DNA of 58,261 bases from Candidatus Komeilibacteria bacterium. GTDB lineage: Bacteria; Patescibacteriota; Patescibacteriia; UBA1558; UBA10009. The notes under the pieces were generated by a model, which saw only the letters and a program-made list of their open reading frames with translations, was not told the DNA's origin and made no database searches. Shown here in pieces: positions 28,135 to 36,494 of this stretch. The stretch's first letter is position 1, and each line of letters begins with the position of its first letter. Position numbers and translations under genes: made by a program. Location: the NCBI GenBank assembly GCA_030688315.1, contig JAUYIT010000030.1, positions 1 through 58,261 on the forward strand. Reading direction: 5' to 3'.

Positions 28135-29190
28135 TTAATTCGTATCGGCTTTTCTTAATTCACTAATCAATTCATCAAGTCCGCCGTCCAAAATCGTGGG
28201 CATGTTATGCAAAGTCAGTTTAATGCGATGATCGGTAATGCGATCCTGGGGGTAATTGTAGGTTCTGATTTTTTCGGAGCGATCACCGGTGCCAATCTGG
28301 CTTTTGCGCTTTTCCGACATTTCCTGGCGTTTTTTGGCTTCGGCCGCGTCCAACAGGCGCGAACGCAAAACCGACATGGCCCTTTCGCGGTTTTGAATCT
28401 GACTGCGTTCATCCTGGCACTGGACCGTGATGCCGCTGGGAATATGGGTAATTCTGATTGCCGAATAAGTGGTGTTAACGGATTGTCCGCCATTACCCGA
28501 TGAAGTAGTGGCTTCAATTTTTAAATCAGCCGGGTTGATTTTAAAATCAACTTCTTCGGCTTCGGGCAAAACCACAATGGTGGCGGCGGAAGTGTGCACG
28601 CGTCCGGCTTTTTCGGTTTCGGGCACGCGCTGAACGCGATGCACGCCCGATTCGTATTTTAAGTAACGGTAAACGTTTTTACCCGTAACTTCAAAAATTA
28701 TTTCTTTAAAACCGCCCAAAGTGTTGCGGCTGGAAGTGATAATCTTGGCCTGCCAGCCTTTTTTTTCGGCATAATGCGAGTACATCCTAAACAGTTCGGC
28801 CGCGAATAAGGTGGATTCGTCGCCGCCGGTGCCGGCTCTAATTTCCATAATAATGTTTTTTTTGTCGCTGGGGTCGGCGGGATTCAAAATTTCAGCCAAA
28901 TGTTCGGTTAGTTCGTTTTGTTCTTTGGTTAAGCGCTGTTTTTCTTCCGTTACCATGGCCGCCAGTTCGCCTTCGGTTTCTGCGGATAAGGATTCGTCCA
29001 ACTCCGTTATTTCCCGTTCAATTTTTTCCAGTTTGCCGTAGTGCTCCAAAATTTCTTTGGCTTCGTAGTAATCCTTGGTCAACTTTAAAAGTTTTTCCTG
29101 GTCATTGATGATGGCAGGATCCTGTAAGTCCCTTTCCCAGGTGTCAAAATTTATCCTGATTTGTTTAATTTTTTCTGTTAGATTTTCCAT
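28135..29190 (-). CDS. prfA: Peptide chain release factor 1
   Basis: [18 protein letters not shown] (PxT), [12 protein letters not shown]. Confidence 0.97.
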   Translation of the reverse strand: MENLTEKIKQIRINFDTWERDLQDPAIINDQEKLLKLTKDYYEAKEILEHYGKLEKIEREITELDESLSAETEGELAAMVTEEKQRLTKEQNELTEHLAEILNPADPSDKKNIIMEIRAGTGGDESTLFAAELFRMYSHYAEKKGWQAKIITSSRNTLGGFKEIIFEVTGKNVYRYLKYESGVHRVQRVPETEKAGRVHTSAATIVVLPEAEEVDFKINPADLKIEATTSSGNGGQSVNTTYSAIRITHIPSGITVQCQDERSQIQNRERAMSVLRSRLLDAAEAKKRQEMSEKRKSQIGTGDRSEKIRTYNYPQDRITDHRIKLTLHNMPTILDGGLDELISELRKADTN

Positions 29191-29191
29191 G

Positions 29192-29247
29192 GTCATTCTG
29201 GAGCCGGCCGACCCGCCGAATCGGCGGGGAGACCGAGCGATAGAATC
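29192..29247. repeat. GTCATTCTG-type repeat arm with nested CCCGCCGAATCGGCGGG mini-palindrome
   Basis: Identical 17-mer at 29212-29228 and 29707-29723. Confidence 0.65.
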
Positions 29248-29328
29248 TTTTTTAATTATACATCGGACTTATTAAAACACAAAAAGGTTCCTGAAAACAA
29301 TCAAGAACCTTTTTAAAGATAATTTAAG

Positions 29329-29652
29329 CTATTTTTTGCCCGCTTCGACGGAGCGAGAGCGAGGCGAGTCGCCGGTTTCTTCCGCAACTTTACGGGCGGC
29401 TGATTTTTCCTTCTTGGCTTTTTTACCTTTTCTAACTCCGGAAGCGGTTACCTGCTTGGCGGCTTTGGCGCGGAATTTATCAACCATGCCGGCGGTATCT
29501 ACCAGTTTTTGCTTGCCAGTGTAAAAAGGATGGCAATTGGAGCAAATTTCAATATCCAGCTCTTTTAAAGTAGAGCCGGTGGTAAAGAGGTTGCCGCATG
29601 CGCATTTGACCTTAGCTTCGGTAAAATATTCGGGGTGGATAGATTTTTTCAT
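29329..29652 (-). CDS. rpmE: 50S ribosomal protein L31 (zinc-binding type) with extended tail
   Basis: [26 protein letters not shown]. Confidence 0.97.
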   Translation of the reverse strand: MKKSIHPEYFTEAKVKCACGNLFTTGSTLKELDIEICSNCHPFYTGKQKLVDTAGMVDKFRAKAAKQVTASGVRKGKKAKKEKSAARKVAEETGDSPRSRSVEAGKK

Positions 29653-29792
29653 AGTTATAATAATGGTATTGAGGATATTCTAGGGGATTTGGACTAAATT
29701 GTCAAGCCCGCCGAATCGGCGGGCAAGTCCGGGCTGGTTTTGGGTAAAAGAGGGAGGTTTTGGCAAAAATGGAGTTTTCCACAGGTAGCCGC

Positions 29793-29832
29793 TTGACGGC
29801 CGTTAGCTTATCTTGTACTATTGTACTAGTAC
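29793..29832 (+). promoter_or_regulatory. Promoter with TrpR-type operator
   Basis: TTGACG-17-TACTAT; GTACTATTGTACTAGTAC (29815-29832) matches the consensus GTACTAGTTAACTAGTAC at 15/18 and overlaps the -10. Confidence 0.8.
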
Positions 29833-29841
29833 AGTATATAT

Positions 29842-30117
29842 ATGTCAAAAACTTCAAAAAAAGAAGCCGATTGGTCAGTAGAAAGAATTTTAACTAACAT
29901 CAAAGATGTTAAATTAATGTCGGTTTTTCTTAAAGATTTACTAACTCCGTCCGAATTAGAAGAAATCAAAAGGCGTTTAAAAATAATCGGCTTGCTTAAA
30001 CAGGGTATGCCGCAAAGGGAAGTGGCTAAAAAATTAAAGATCGCCATTGCCACCATTACCCGCGGCGCCCGTATGCTTAAAAATCCCAACGGGGGATTTA
30101 ATAAACTTTTTAAATAA
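29842..30117 (+). CDS. trpR: Trp repressor family protein
   Basis: DLLTPSELEEIKRR..MPQREVAKKLKIAIATITRGARML. Confidence 0.88.
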   Translation: MSKTSKKEADWSVERILTNIKDVKLMSVFLKDLLTPSELEEIKRRLKIIGLLKQGMPQREVAKKLKIAIATITRGARMLKNPNGGFNKLFK

Positions 30118-30124
30118 TAAAGTT

Positions 30125-30202
30125 ATGAATCATGCTAAATTAAACCAAAATTTCTGGCAAAGCCAAGCTTTTACATGGAAGGCTTCTTTGGTTATGTTAT
30201 AA
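30125..30202 (+). CDS. Trp leader peptide MNHAKLNQNFWQSQAFTWKASLVML
   Basis: Starts 7 nt after the trpR stop; two TGG codons; overlaps the attenuator stems. Confidence 0.72.
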   Translation: MNHAKLNQNFWQSQAFTWKASLVML

Positions 30203-30260
30203 AATAATTTTTACCACATAGTTTAACTTAAGAATCCTTCCATGGCGTGAAGGATTTTTT
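30162..30260 (+). promoter_or_regulatory. Ribosome-dependent transcription attenuator (Trp)
   Basis: 1:2 AAGCTTTT/GAAGGCTT; antiterminator 30174-30188 pairs 30230-30244 at 14/15; terminator AATCCTTC/GAAGGATT plus T run. Confidence 0.78.
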
Positions 30261-30287
30261 CGCACACTAAAACACACAGGGTTAACT

Positions 30288-30467
30288 ATGAATTCCAAGT
30301 CGTCATCCGCGGATCAAACGTCATCCGCTCCCTGGCCAAACGGCCAACCAAATCAATCTTCAACGCCAGCTAAACCGGCGTCAACTCACCCGATTGCCGA
30401 TAACGATCAACCAGTACCGATTGATCAGAATCAAAAAGTCGTCGGCGGGTGGAGTTTCAACGATTAA
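30288..30467 (+). CDS. Candidate 59-aa low-complexity peptide ending ...QKVVGGWSFND
   Basis: Translated by hand; first ORF after the attenuator; S/P/Q/N-rich; absent from the ORF track (<60 aa). Confidence 0.5.
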   Translation: MNSKSSSADQTSSAPWPNGQPNQSSTPAKPASTHPIADNDQPVPIDQNQKVVGGWSFND

Positions 30468-30488
30468 CCAATAGTCAGGAGGGAGAAA

Positions 30489-30992
30489 ATGTTTATGTCA
30501 GCCAACCAGGCAATTGCCTTGGTCATGGGTTATCCCATGGATCCGGTTATCTCTAAGCTTGTCAGAACGGGCATCAATCAAACTGAGGCCGTGATCTGCT
30601 GCCGCGAATTGCTAAAATTTCTCTTCATTTGCGTGCGCTATCCGGGCGACTGGCCTATGATGAGCCAGAAAGTGGACGCGGCCTGGCACGAAGCCATTTT
30701 GAACACGCCGTTCTATTTTGGCCTTTGTCGCCAACTTGGCGTCGGCTATCTTCATCATCAGCCCAGGGAGGGGTTTGACGATCCTAAGGGCATCCAGGCG
30801 CTCTATGCGGAATTTCGGGGGCATTATCGATATTACTTTGGCGAACCGCCCATCAGCGTCTGGCCGATTAATATTTATCACGCGACCTTTACGGCCTGGT
30901 GCTGCCGATCTTCCGAGCCCCTGCCACCAGACAATGAAGGCGACGGTCAGGGTGATGGCGACAATACTTCTTATCAGTCAGCGGCTGCCTGA
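30489..30992 (+). CDS. Glycine-rich-domain-containing (GRDP/DUF1399-like) protein
   Basis: KFLF..SQKVDAAWHEAILNTPFY..LC..LHHQP pattern; strong SD AGGAGGG; acidic Gly tail. Confidence 0.7.
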   Translation: MFMSANQAIALVMGYPMDPVISKLVRTGINQTEAVICCRELLKFLFICVRYPGDWPMMSQKVDAAWHEAILNTPFYFGLCRQLGVGYLHHQPREGFDDPKGIQALYAEFRGHYRYYFGEPPISVWPINIYHATFTAWCCRSSEPLPPDNEGDGQGDGDNTSYQSAAA

Positions 30993-30999
30993 TCAGCAT

Positions 31000-31030
31000 G
31001 GGCGGTAAATCATTACCGCCCTCTTTTTTT
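31000..31030 (+). terminator. Intrinsic terminator
   Basis: GGGCGGTAA/TTACCGCCC followed by a T run. Confidence 0.8.
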
Positions 31031-31208
31031 GTTCTCAATTTTCAACTCTTGCCAAAAAAAGAAGATTATGATATCATAGCGACACGTTAGAAATTTAATT
31101 AATCCCTCACATTTCCGGAATTAAACTCCTCCCTTAATATAGGGCGAAACGGAAATGGCGGTTAAATCGACCCGGCCGAACATGGCGGGCGATAAAAAGG
31201 AGAAAAAT

Positions 31209-31913
31209 ATGACAAAAGTACCAGAATTATCAGTGTTGTTGCACGCCGGTGTCCATTTTGGCCACCAGTCCTCAAAAAGGTACCCGCAAATGGGTTCCTT
31301 TATCCATTCCACCCGCAATTTGGTGGATATTATCAATTTGGAAGAAACTTCCAAAAAGATGCAGGTTGCTTTGAATTTTATTACGGAAACCGTAGCCCGC
31401 GGCGGCACGGTTCTTTTTGTTTCGTCCAAGCGCCAAGCCAAAGCCGTGATTGAAAAACACGCCGTGGCTTGTGGCATGCCGTTTGTAACGGCTCGCTGGC
31501 TGGGCGGAACTTTTACCAATTTTGCCAGCATTTCCCGCTTGGTTAAAACTTTGCGCGAACTGGAACAAAAATTTGCCGGCGGTGAAATGGACAAGTACAC
31601 CAAAAAAGAACAGTTGGATTTTGAACGAGAAATGACGCGTTTGCATGAATTAGTGGGCGGCTTGAAAGAAATGCGCAAATTGCCCGAAGCCATTTTTATC
31701 GTGGATATTAAAAAAGACAAAACCGCCACGGCCGAAGCCAACAAGAAAAATATTCCCATCGTGGCTTTGGTTGATTCCAACGTTAATCCGTCAGTGGTGC
31801 AGTACGCCATTCCGGCCAACGATGACGCGGTTAAATCCATTGAACTTATTACCAGTTTGGCGGCCGAAGCGGTTATGGAAGGTAAGAATAAGGTTGAAGT
31901 TGCTAAGAAATAA
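31209..31913 (+). CDS. rpsB: 30S ribosomal protein S2
   Basis: AGVHFGH, RWLGGTFTN, IPANDDA; start moved to MTKVP. Confidence 0.98.
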   Translation: MTKVPELSVLLHAGVHFGHQSSKRYPQMGSFIHSTRNLVDIINLEETSKKMQVALNFITETVARGGTVLFVSSKRQAKAVIEKHAVACGMPFVTARWLGGTFTNFASISRLVKTLRELEQKFAGGEMDKYTKKEQLDFEREMTRLHELVGGLKEMRKLPEAIFIVDIKKDKTATAEANKKNIPIVALVDSNVNPSVVQYAIPANDDAVKSIELITSLAAEAVMEGKNKVEVAKK

Positions 31914-31917
31914 TTGA

Positions 31918-32036
31918 TAAAATAACAAATAACAAAAAACAATTTACAAATAATAACCAAATTCCAATAATCAAACTAGCTTGTAATTTGCGGTTTGAAA
32001 TTTATTTGGAAATTGGAATTTGTATCTTGGAAATTT
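31918..32036. repeat. Degenerate 7-mer tandem repeat forming an A-rich/T-rich inverted arrangement
   Basis: AAATAAC-like units followed by TTGGAAA/TTGGAAT units. Confidence 0.6.
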
Positions 32037-32042
32037 AATTAT

Positions 32043-32627
32043 ATGATTTCAGCTGAAGTAATCAAAAAATTAAGAGAACTGACCGGCGCGGGCATGGCCG
32101 ACGTTAAAACCGCTTTGGATGAAGCCAAAGGGGATGAAGCCAAAGCCGTGGAAATTTTGCGCAAGGCCGGTCAAAAAGTGGCGGCTAAAAAAGCGGATCG
32201 TGCTACCAATGAAGGCTTGGTGGAATCCTACATTCATTTGGGCGGTAAAGTGGGCGCGTTGGTTAGCGTGGCCTGTGAAACGGATTTTGTGGCCCGCACC
32301 GACGACTTTAAAAATTTTGTTCATGAAATCGCTTTGCAAATCGCGGCCGCTTCGCCGATGTATCTTTCTCCCGAACAAGTGCCGGCCGAAGTGATTGCCA
32401 AGGAAAAGGAAATTTACGCCGAACAATTAAAAAAAGAAGGCAAGCCCCAAGCCATGCTGGAAAAAATTATGGAAGGCAAGATTCAAAAGTATTACTCCGA
32501 AGTTTGTTTGTTAAAACAGCTTTATATTAAGGATGATAAATTGACCATTGAAGGGCTAGTAGAACAAAACATTGCCAAACTGGGCGAAAATATTCAGATT
32601 AAGGATTTTAGCCGGTTATCGTTATAA
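32043..32627 (+). CDS. tsf: Elongation factor Ts (short form)
   Basis: LRELTGAGMAD, CETDFVA, KLGENI. Confidence 0.96.
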   Translation: MISAEVIKKLRELTGAGMADVKTALDEAKGDEAKAVEILRKAGQKVAAKKADRATNEGLVESYIHLGGKVGALVSVACETDFVARTDDFKNFVHEIALQIAAASPMYLSPEQVPAEVIAKEKEIYAEQLKKEGKPQAMLEKIMEGKIQKYYSEVCLLKQLYIKDDKLTIEGLVEQNIAKLGENIQIKDFSRLSL

Positions 32628-32691
32628 CCAGTAAAGCGGTCAGATAAACTGGCCGCTTTTTTGTTACGCCTAAGTATGATAAAATATCGTC

Positions 32692-33387
32692 ATGGTTAAA
32701 TATAAGAGGATTCTCGTAAAATTCAGCGGTGAGGCGTTTGGCCAAAAGGGCGGTAAAATTGACTTAAACAGTGTGGGTCAAATTGTTTTGGAACTCAAAA
32801 AGTTAAGGCAGGACGGTGTTAAAGTGGCCGTGGTCAGTGGTGGCGGTAATGTATCGCGCTGGAAAGATGCCGGCAAAGGTAATCGGGTGGCGGTGGATTA
32901 CAAAGGCATGAACGGGACTTTGCAAAACGTGGGCGCTCTGGAAGCGGCTTTAAAAAAAGCGGGCGTGCCGGTTAGTGTTTACGTCAGTTTTTCTATAAAT
33001 TCAAAGTATCCACACTATTCATACGCCAAAGCTAAGAAAGATTACGAAAGCGGTAAAATTGTGATTTTTGCCGGCGGCACCGGTTATCCGTTTTTTACCA
33101 CCGATACGGCGGCGGTTTCCAAAAGTTTGGAAATGGGCGCGGAAATTTTTATCAAGTCAACTAAGGTCAGCGGTTTGTATACGGCCGACCCCATTAAAAA
33201 TCCTCAAGCCAAATTGATTAAAAAGATTTCCTATAAAAAATTGGTCAGTGATCAATTAAAAGTTATTGATTCTGTGGCTGTATCTTTGGCCTGGGAAAAC
33301 AAGTTGCCGATCCGCATTATCAAATGGGAACAGGGGAATGTGGTTAAGGCGGTTAAGGGTGAGAACTTAGGGAGCTTAGTTAGTTAA
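32692..33387 (+). CDS. pyrH: UMP kinase
   Basis: KFSGEA, SGGGN, PFFTTDTAA, YTADP. Confidence 0.95.
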   Translation: MVKYKRILVKFSGEAFGQKGGKIDLNSVGQIVLELKKLRQDGVKVAVVSGGGNVSRWKDAGKGNRVAVDYKGMNGTLQNVGALEAALKKAGVPVSVYVSFSINSKYPHYSYAKAKKDYESGKIVIFAGGTGYPFFTTDTAAVSKSLEMGAEIFIKSTKVSGLYTADPIKNPQAKLIKKISYKKLVSDQLKVIDSVAVSLAWENKLPIRIIKWEQGNVVKAVKGENLGSLVS

Positions 33388-33425
33388 CTATTTTTTTAAA
33401 CCATTAATTATTAAAATAACCTTTT

Positions 33426-34424
33426 ATGAAAAAAATCAAAGTTGCTATTAACGGTTTTGGCCGGATTGGCCGGGCCGCGTTTAAAATCGCTTTAACCCAT
33501 CCGGAACTGGAAGTGGTGGCCGTTAATGATTTGTCCGATACCAAAAGTTTGGCGCATTTATTAAAATACGATTCCGTTTACGGACGTTTTGGTCAAAGCG
33601 TGGAAGCGGGCGAGGGCTTTATCAAAGTCGGCGCCGATAAAATCAAGTTTACCGCCATCAAGGAACCGGCCGAACTGCCTTGGAAAGAATTGGGCGTGGA
33701 CGTGGTTTTGGAATGCACCGGAATTTTTAGAACCAAGGAAAAAGTGATGTCGCACATCACTTCGGGCGCGCGTAAAGTCATTTTGTCCGCGCCGGCCAAG
33801 GATCATGACGTTAAAACTTTTGTGTTGGGCGTTAATGACCAAGATTATCAGGATGAACAAATCATCAACAACGCTTCCTGCACCACCAACTGCGTGGCAC
33901 CGGTTATGGCTGTGTTAATGGCGGAATTCGGCGTTAAAAAAGCCATGGTAACCACCGTTCATTCCTACACCGCCGATCAAAATCTGGTTGACGGTTCGCA
34001 TAAGGATTTGCGCAGAGCGCGCGGCGCGGCCATCAACATTGTGCCGACCTCCACCGGCGCCGCTACTGCCACCGCCGAAACCTTGCCGGAACTGCTGGGC
34101 AAATTTGATGGCCTATCATTGAGAGTGCCCACACCGGTCGTTTCCTTGTCCGACTTCACTATCTTACTGTCAAAATCGGTAACTAAAGAAGAAGTTAACG
34201 CGGCCTTTGTTGCATCCGCGGCCAGCGCCAGGTACAAAGGCATTTTAACGGTTACCCAAGATCCGATTGTTTCTTCCGATATTATTGCCGACCCCCATTC
34301 CTCCATCGTCGATTTGGATTTAACCCAGGTGGTGGATGGCGATCTGCTTAAAGTTATTTCTTGGTACGATAACGAATGGGGTTACGCCAACCGCTTGGTG
34401 GAAATGGTTAAGGTCGTGGCTTGA
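33426..34424 (+). CDS. gap: Type I glyceraldehyde-3-phosphate dehydrogenase
   Basis: INGFGRIGR, NASCTTNC, WYDNEWGY. Confidence 0.98.
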   Translation: MKKIKVAINGFGRIGRAAFKIALTHPELEVVAVNDLSDTKSLAHLLKYDSVYGRFGQSVEAGEGFIKVGADKIKFTAIKEPAELPWKELGVDVVLECTGIFRTKEKVMSHITSGARKVILSAPAKDHDVKTFVLGVNDQDYQDEQIINNASCTTNCVAPVMAVLMAEFGVKKAMVTTVHSYTADQNLVDGSHKDLRRARGAAINIVPTSTGAATATAETLPELLGKFDGLSLRVPTPVVSLSDFTILLSKSVTKEEVNAAFVASAASARYKGILTVTQDPIVSSDIIADPHSSIVDLDLTQVVDGDLLKVISWYDNEWGYANRLVEMVKVVA

Positions 34425-34506
34425 CATATTTTTCAGAAGGTTTAAAATAGAATAAATTAAAATAAGGGTCACAAAACAGGCGTTATCACCTGGCGTGACC
34501 CTTTTT
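34421..34506 (+). promoter_or_regulatory. Promoter plus AAGGGTCA...TGACCCTT hairpin element, copy 1
   Basis: TTGACA..TAAAAT then AAGGGTCAC-AAAA-CAGG-loop-CCTG-GC-GTGACCCTT-TTT. Confidence 0.6.
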
Positions 34507-34525
34507 GTTTAAATTTTTAACTAAT

Positions 34526-34554
34526 TTGACAACATATCATATATGATATATATT
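34526..34554 (+). promoter_or_regulatory. Promoter with perfect 16-bp palindromic operator
   Basis: TTGACA at 34526; ATATCATATATGATAT at 34534-34549; TATATT -10. Confidence 0.6.
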
Positions 34555-34585
34555 AATAATAATGTAATTAATAACCCTGAATCTT

Positions 34586-34879
34586 ATGAATAAAAAAATT
34601 GAAAAGGCCTTGGATTTTGAAGACGTCCTTAAAGAGGATTTAAAGGATCCAGAATTTAAAAAGTGGTTTGATTATTACGGCAAGCAGTTGGAAGTTTCGT
34701 TGGCAATTTTACGGTTGAGGAAAAAGAATCATATGACCCAGGCCCAGATGGCTAAAAAGCTCGGCACCAGCCAAAGCAACGTGGCCCGGCTGGAAAGAGG
34801 CCAGCAAAATTTTACCGTGGAATTTTTGGATAAAATCGCCACCGTCTTCAACAAGGAGCTTAAAATAAGTTTTCGATAA
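34586..34879 (+). CDS. XRE-family HTH protein (HigA-like antitoxin/regulator)
   Basis: LKDPEFKK..LRKKNHMTQAQMAKKLGTSQSNVARLERG. Confidence 0.88.
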   Translation: MNKKIEKALDFEDVLKEDLKDPEFKKWFDYYGKQLEVSLAILRLRKKNHMTQAQMAKKLGTSQSNVARLERGQQNFTVEFLDKIATVFNKELKISFR

Positions 34880-34937
34880 TTTTAGCCGTTTGACAATTAT
34901 TTCCGGAAAAGCTAAGATTAAATAAATCAGGAAAAAT

Positions 34938-35003
34938 ATGAAGATATCAAGGCAAAACAACGTTTTCCCCGTCTGCCCGCCTATTTTAGGCAGGGCCTTT
35001 TGA
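34938..35003 (+). CDS. Pro-containing leader peptide MKISRQNNVFPVCPPILGRAF
   Basis: Follows TTGACA-17-TAAGAT (34890-34918); Pro codons CCC, CCG, CCT; upstream of proC. Confidence 0.72.
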   Translation: MKISRQNNVFPVCPPILGRAF

Positions 35004-35065
35004 CATAGGATAAGTTACGATAAATTTATTCTAAAGCCCTGCCATTTAATTGCGCGGGGCTTTTT
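34975..35065 (+). promoter_or_regulatory. Ribosome-dependent attenuator upstream of proC
   Basis: 1:2 GCCCGCCTA/TAGGCAGGGC; antiterminator GGCAGGGC pairs GCCCTGCC; terminator AAAGCCCTGC/GCGGGGCTTT plus T run. Confidence 0.75.
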
Positions 35066-35168
35066 GTTTTGCCCTGAATATTTTTAAGATGAAAATTAAA
35101 AATTTCAGGGAAGGGCATAAGGCATGTTCCTTCAACAACGCACATTCAAAATAAGGAGGATGCGGATT

Positions 35169-35984
35169 ATGAAAAGTAATCTGCGCCTAGGTTTCATCGG
35201 ATCGGGCAAAATGGCGGAGGCCATAATCAGCGGCCTGTTAAGGAAGAAGCTGATTAAGCCCAAGAAGATCATCGCCTGCGGACCTCAAGAGTTGAGGGCA
35301 AAAGATCTTCAAAAGAGGTTTCGCGTCAAAGCAATGATAGATAATCTGTCGGCCGTGGAGAGCGAGATTGTTATTCTGTCGGTTAAACCGCAAAGTATGG
35401 CTAGGGTTTGCCGGCAGATAAAAGGGAAGATCGCAGTAGAATCACTCGTCATTTCCATCGCGGCAGGAATTCCTTTGGAGTTTCTGAAGGCAGAGCTGGA
35501 GCATGACCGAATTGTCAGAGCCATGCCTAACACGCCCGGGTCTATCGGCAAGGGTATCACGGGCTGGACCTGTACTCCCGAAGTATCTGCAGAGCAGAAA
35601 AGCCAAGTGGCTAATCTGCTTGAATCCTTAGGGGTTCAGATCTTCATGGATGATGAAAAAAAGCTGGACATGGTCACGGCCGTTTCCGGCACTGGACCGG
35701 CTTACGTTTTCCTGTTCATGGAAGCGTTTATAAATGCCGCTGTCGAAATCGGACTTTCCAGGGATGAAGCCAAACAGCTGGTTTTGGAAACCATAATCGG
35801 TTCCGCCGAGTACATTAAGGAGTTTCCTCAAAAGCATCTGGCTCATCTGCGCGATGAGGTCACTTCGCCGGCCGGCACAACCGCGGCCGCGCTGTATGAG
35901 CTGGAAAAAGCCGGTTTTAGAACCGCGATTGCCGACGCCATCAACGCGGCTTATCAGCGTTCCATCAAACTGGGAGGAAAATAG
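35169..35984 (+). CDS. proC: Pyrroline-5-carboxylate reductase
   Basis: GFIGSGKMA, VKPQ, SIAAG, RAMPNTP, SGTGPAY, VTSPAGTT; SD AGGAGG. Confidence 0.96.
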   Translation: MKSNLRLGFIGSGKMAEAIISGLLRKKLIKPKKIIACGPQELRAKDLQKRFRVKAMIDNLSAVESEIVILSVKPQSMARVCRQIKGKIAVESLVISIAAGIPLEFLKAELEHDRIVRAMPNTPGSIGKGITGWTCTPEVSAEQKSQVANLLESLGVQIFMDDEKKLDMVTAVSGTGPAYVFLFMEAFINAAVEIGLSRDEAKQLVLETIIGSAEYIKEFPQKHLAHLRDEVTSPAGTTAAALYELEKAGFRTAIADAINAAYQRSIKLGGK

Positions 35985-36093
35985 CCGCAATCGGGCGTTT
36001 ATCTTTAAGGTAAACGCCCTTTTTTATAATTAAAAAGCATTCTTGACACTGCTTTAGTCAAGATATATTATAATGATAATATTCAAGAAAATT

Positions 36094-36396
36094 ATGTCAT
36101 TAAAATTTAAAAGAACCAAAGAGGATTTTGATTGCGAAAATTGCCAGTCCCATGTCAAAGGCGACGGTTATACCAACCATTGTCCGTCTTGTTTATACAG
36201 CAAGCATGTGGATAACAATCCCGGCGATCGCGCGGCTGTTTGCGGCGGTTTAATGAAGCCCGTGGGTCTGGATTTGGAAAAAGAAGTTTATAAAATTCGC
36301 CATTGTTGCGTAAGATGCGGAGTAATTAGAAGAAACAAAGCCGTGCCCGGGGATGATTTTAATAAGCTGATTGAGTTAAGCAAGTTGAAGAAGTAG
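36094..36396 (+). CDS. RNHCP domain zinc-finger protein
   Basis: FDCENC..YTNHCPSCLYSKHVD..PGDRA..CGGLM..HCCVRCG. Confidence 0.88.
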   Translation: MSLKFKRTKEDFDCENCQSHVKGDGYTNHCPSCLYSKHVDNNPGDRAAVCGGLMKPVGLDLEKEVYKIRHCCVRCGVIRRNKAVPGDDFNKLIELSKLKK

Positions 36397-36494
36397 GGTT
36401 TTCTTTACTATCATTAAAATCCACAAAACTATTGACATTTTAACATTAATATGATATATTTAATTAAGAATTTTTGATATGTTAACTTAATAAT

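Noticed and set aside
31121-31960. 279-aa minus-strand ORF
   Set aside because: Antisense shadow of rpsB; the same applies to most short overlapping ORFs in the track.
34464-34506. AAGGGTCA hairpin as c-di-GMP-I riboswitch or SRP RNA
   Set aside because: Lacks the two-hairpin GEMM layout and the SRP GGAA/AGCAG motif; kept as an unknown motif.
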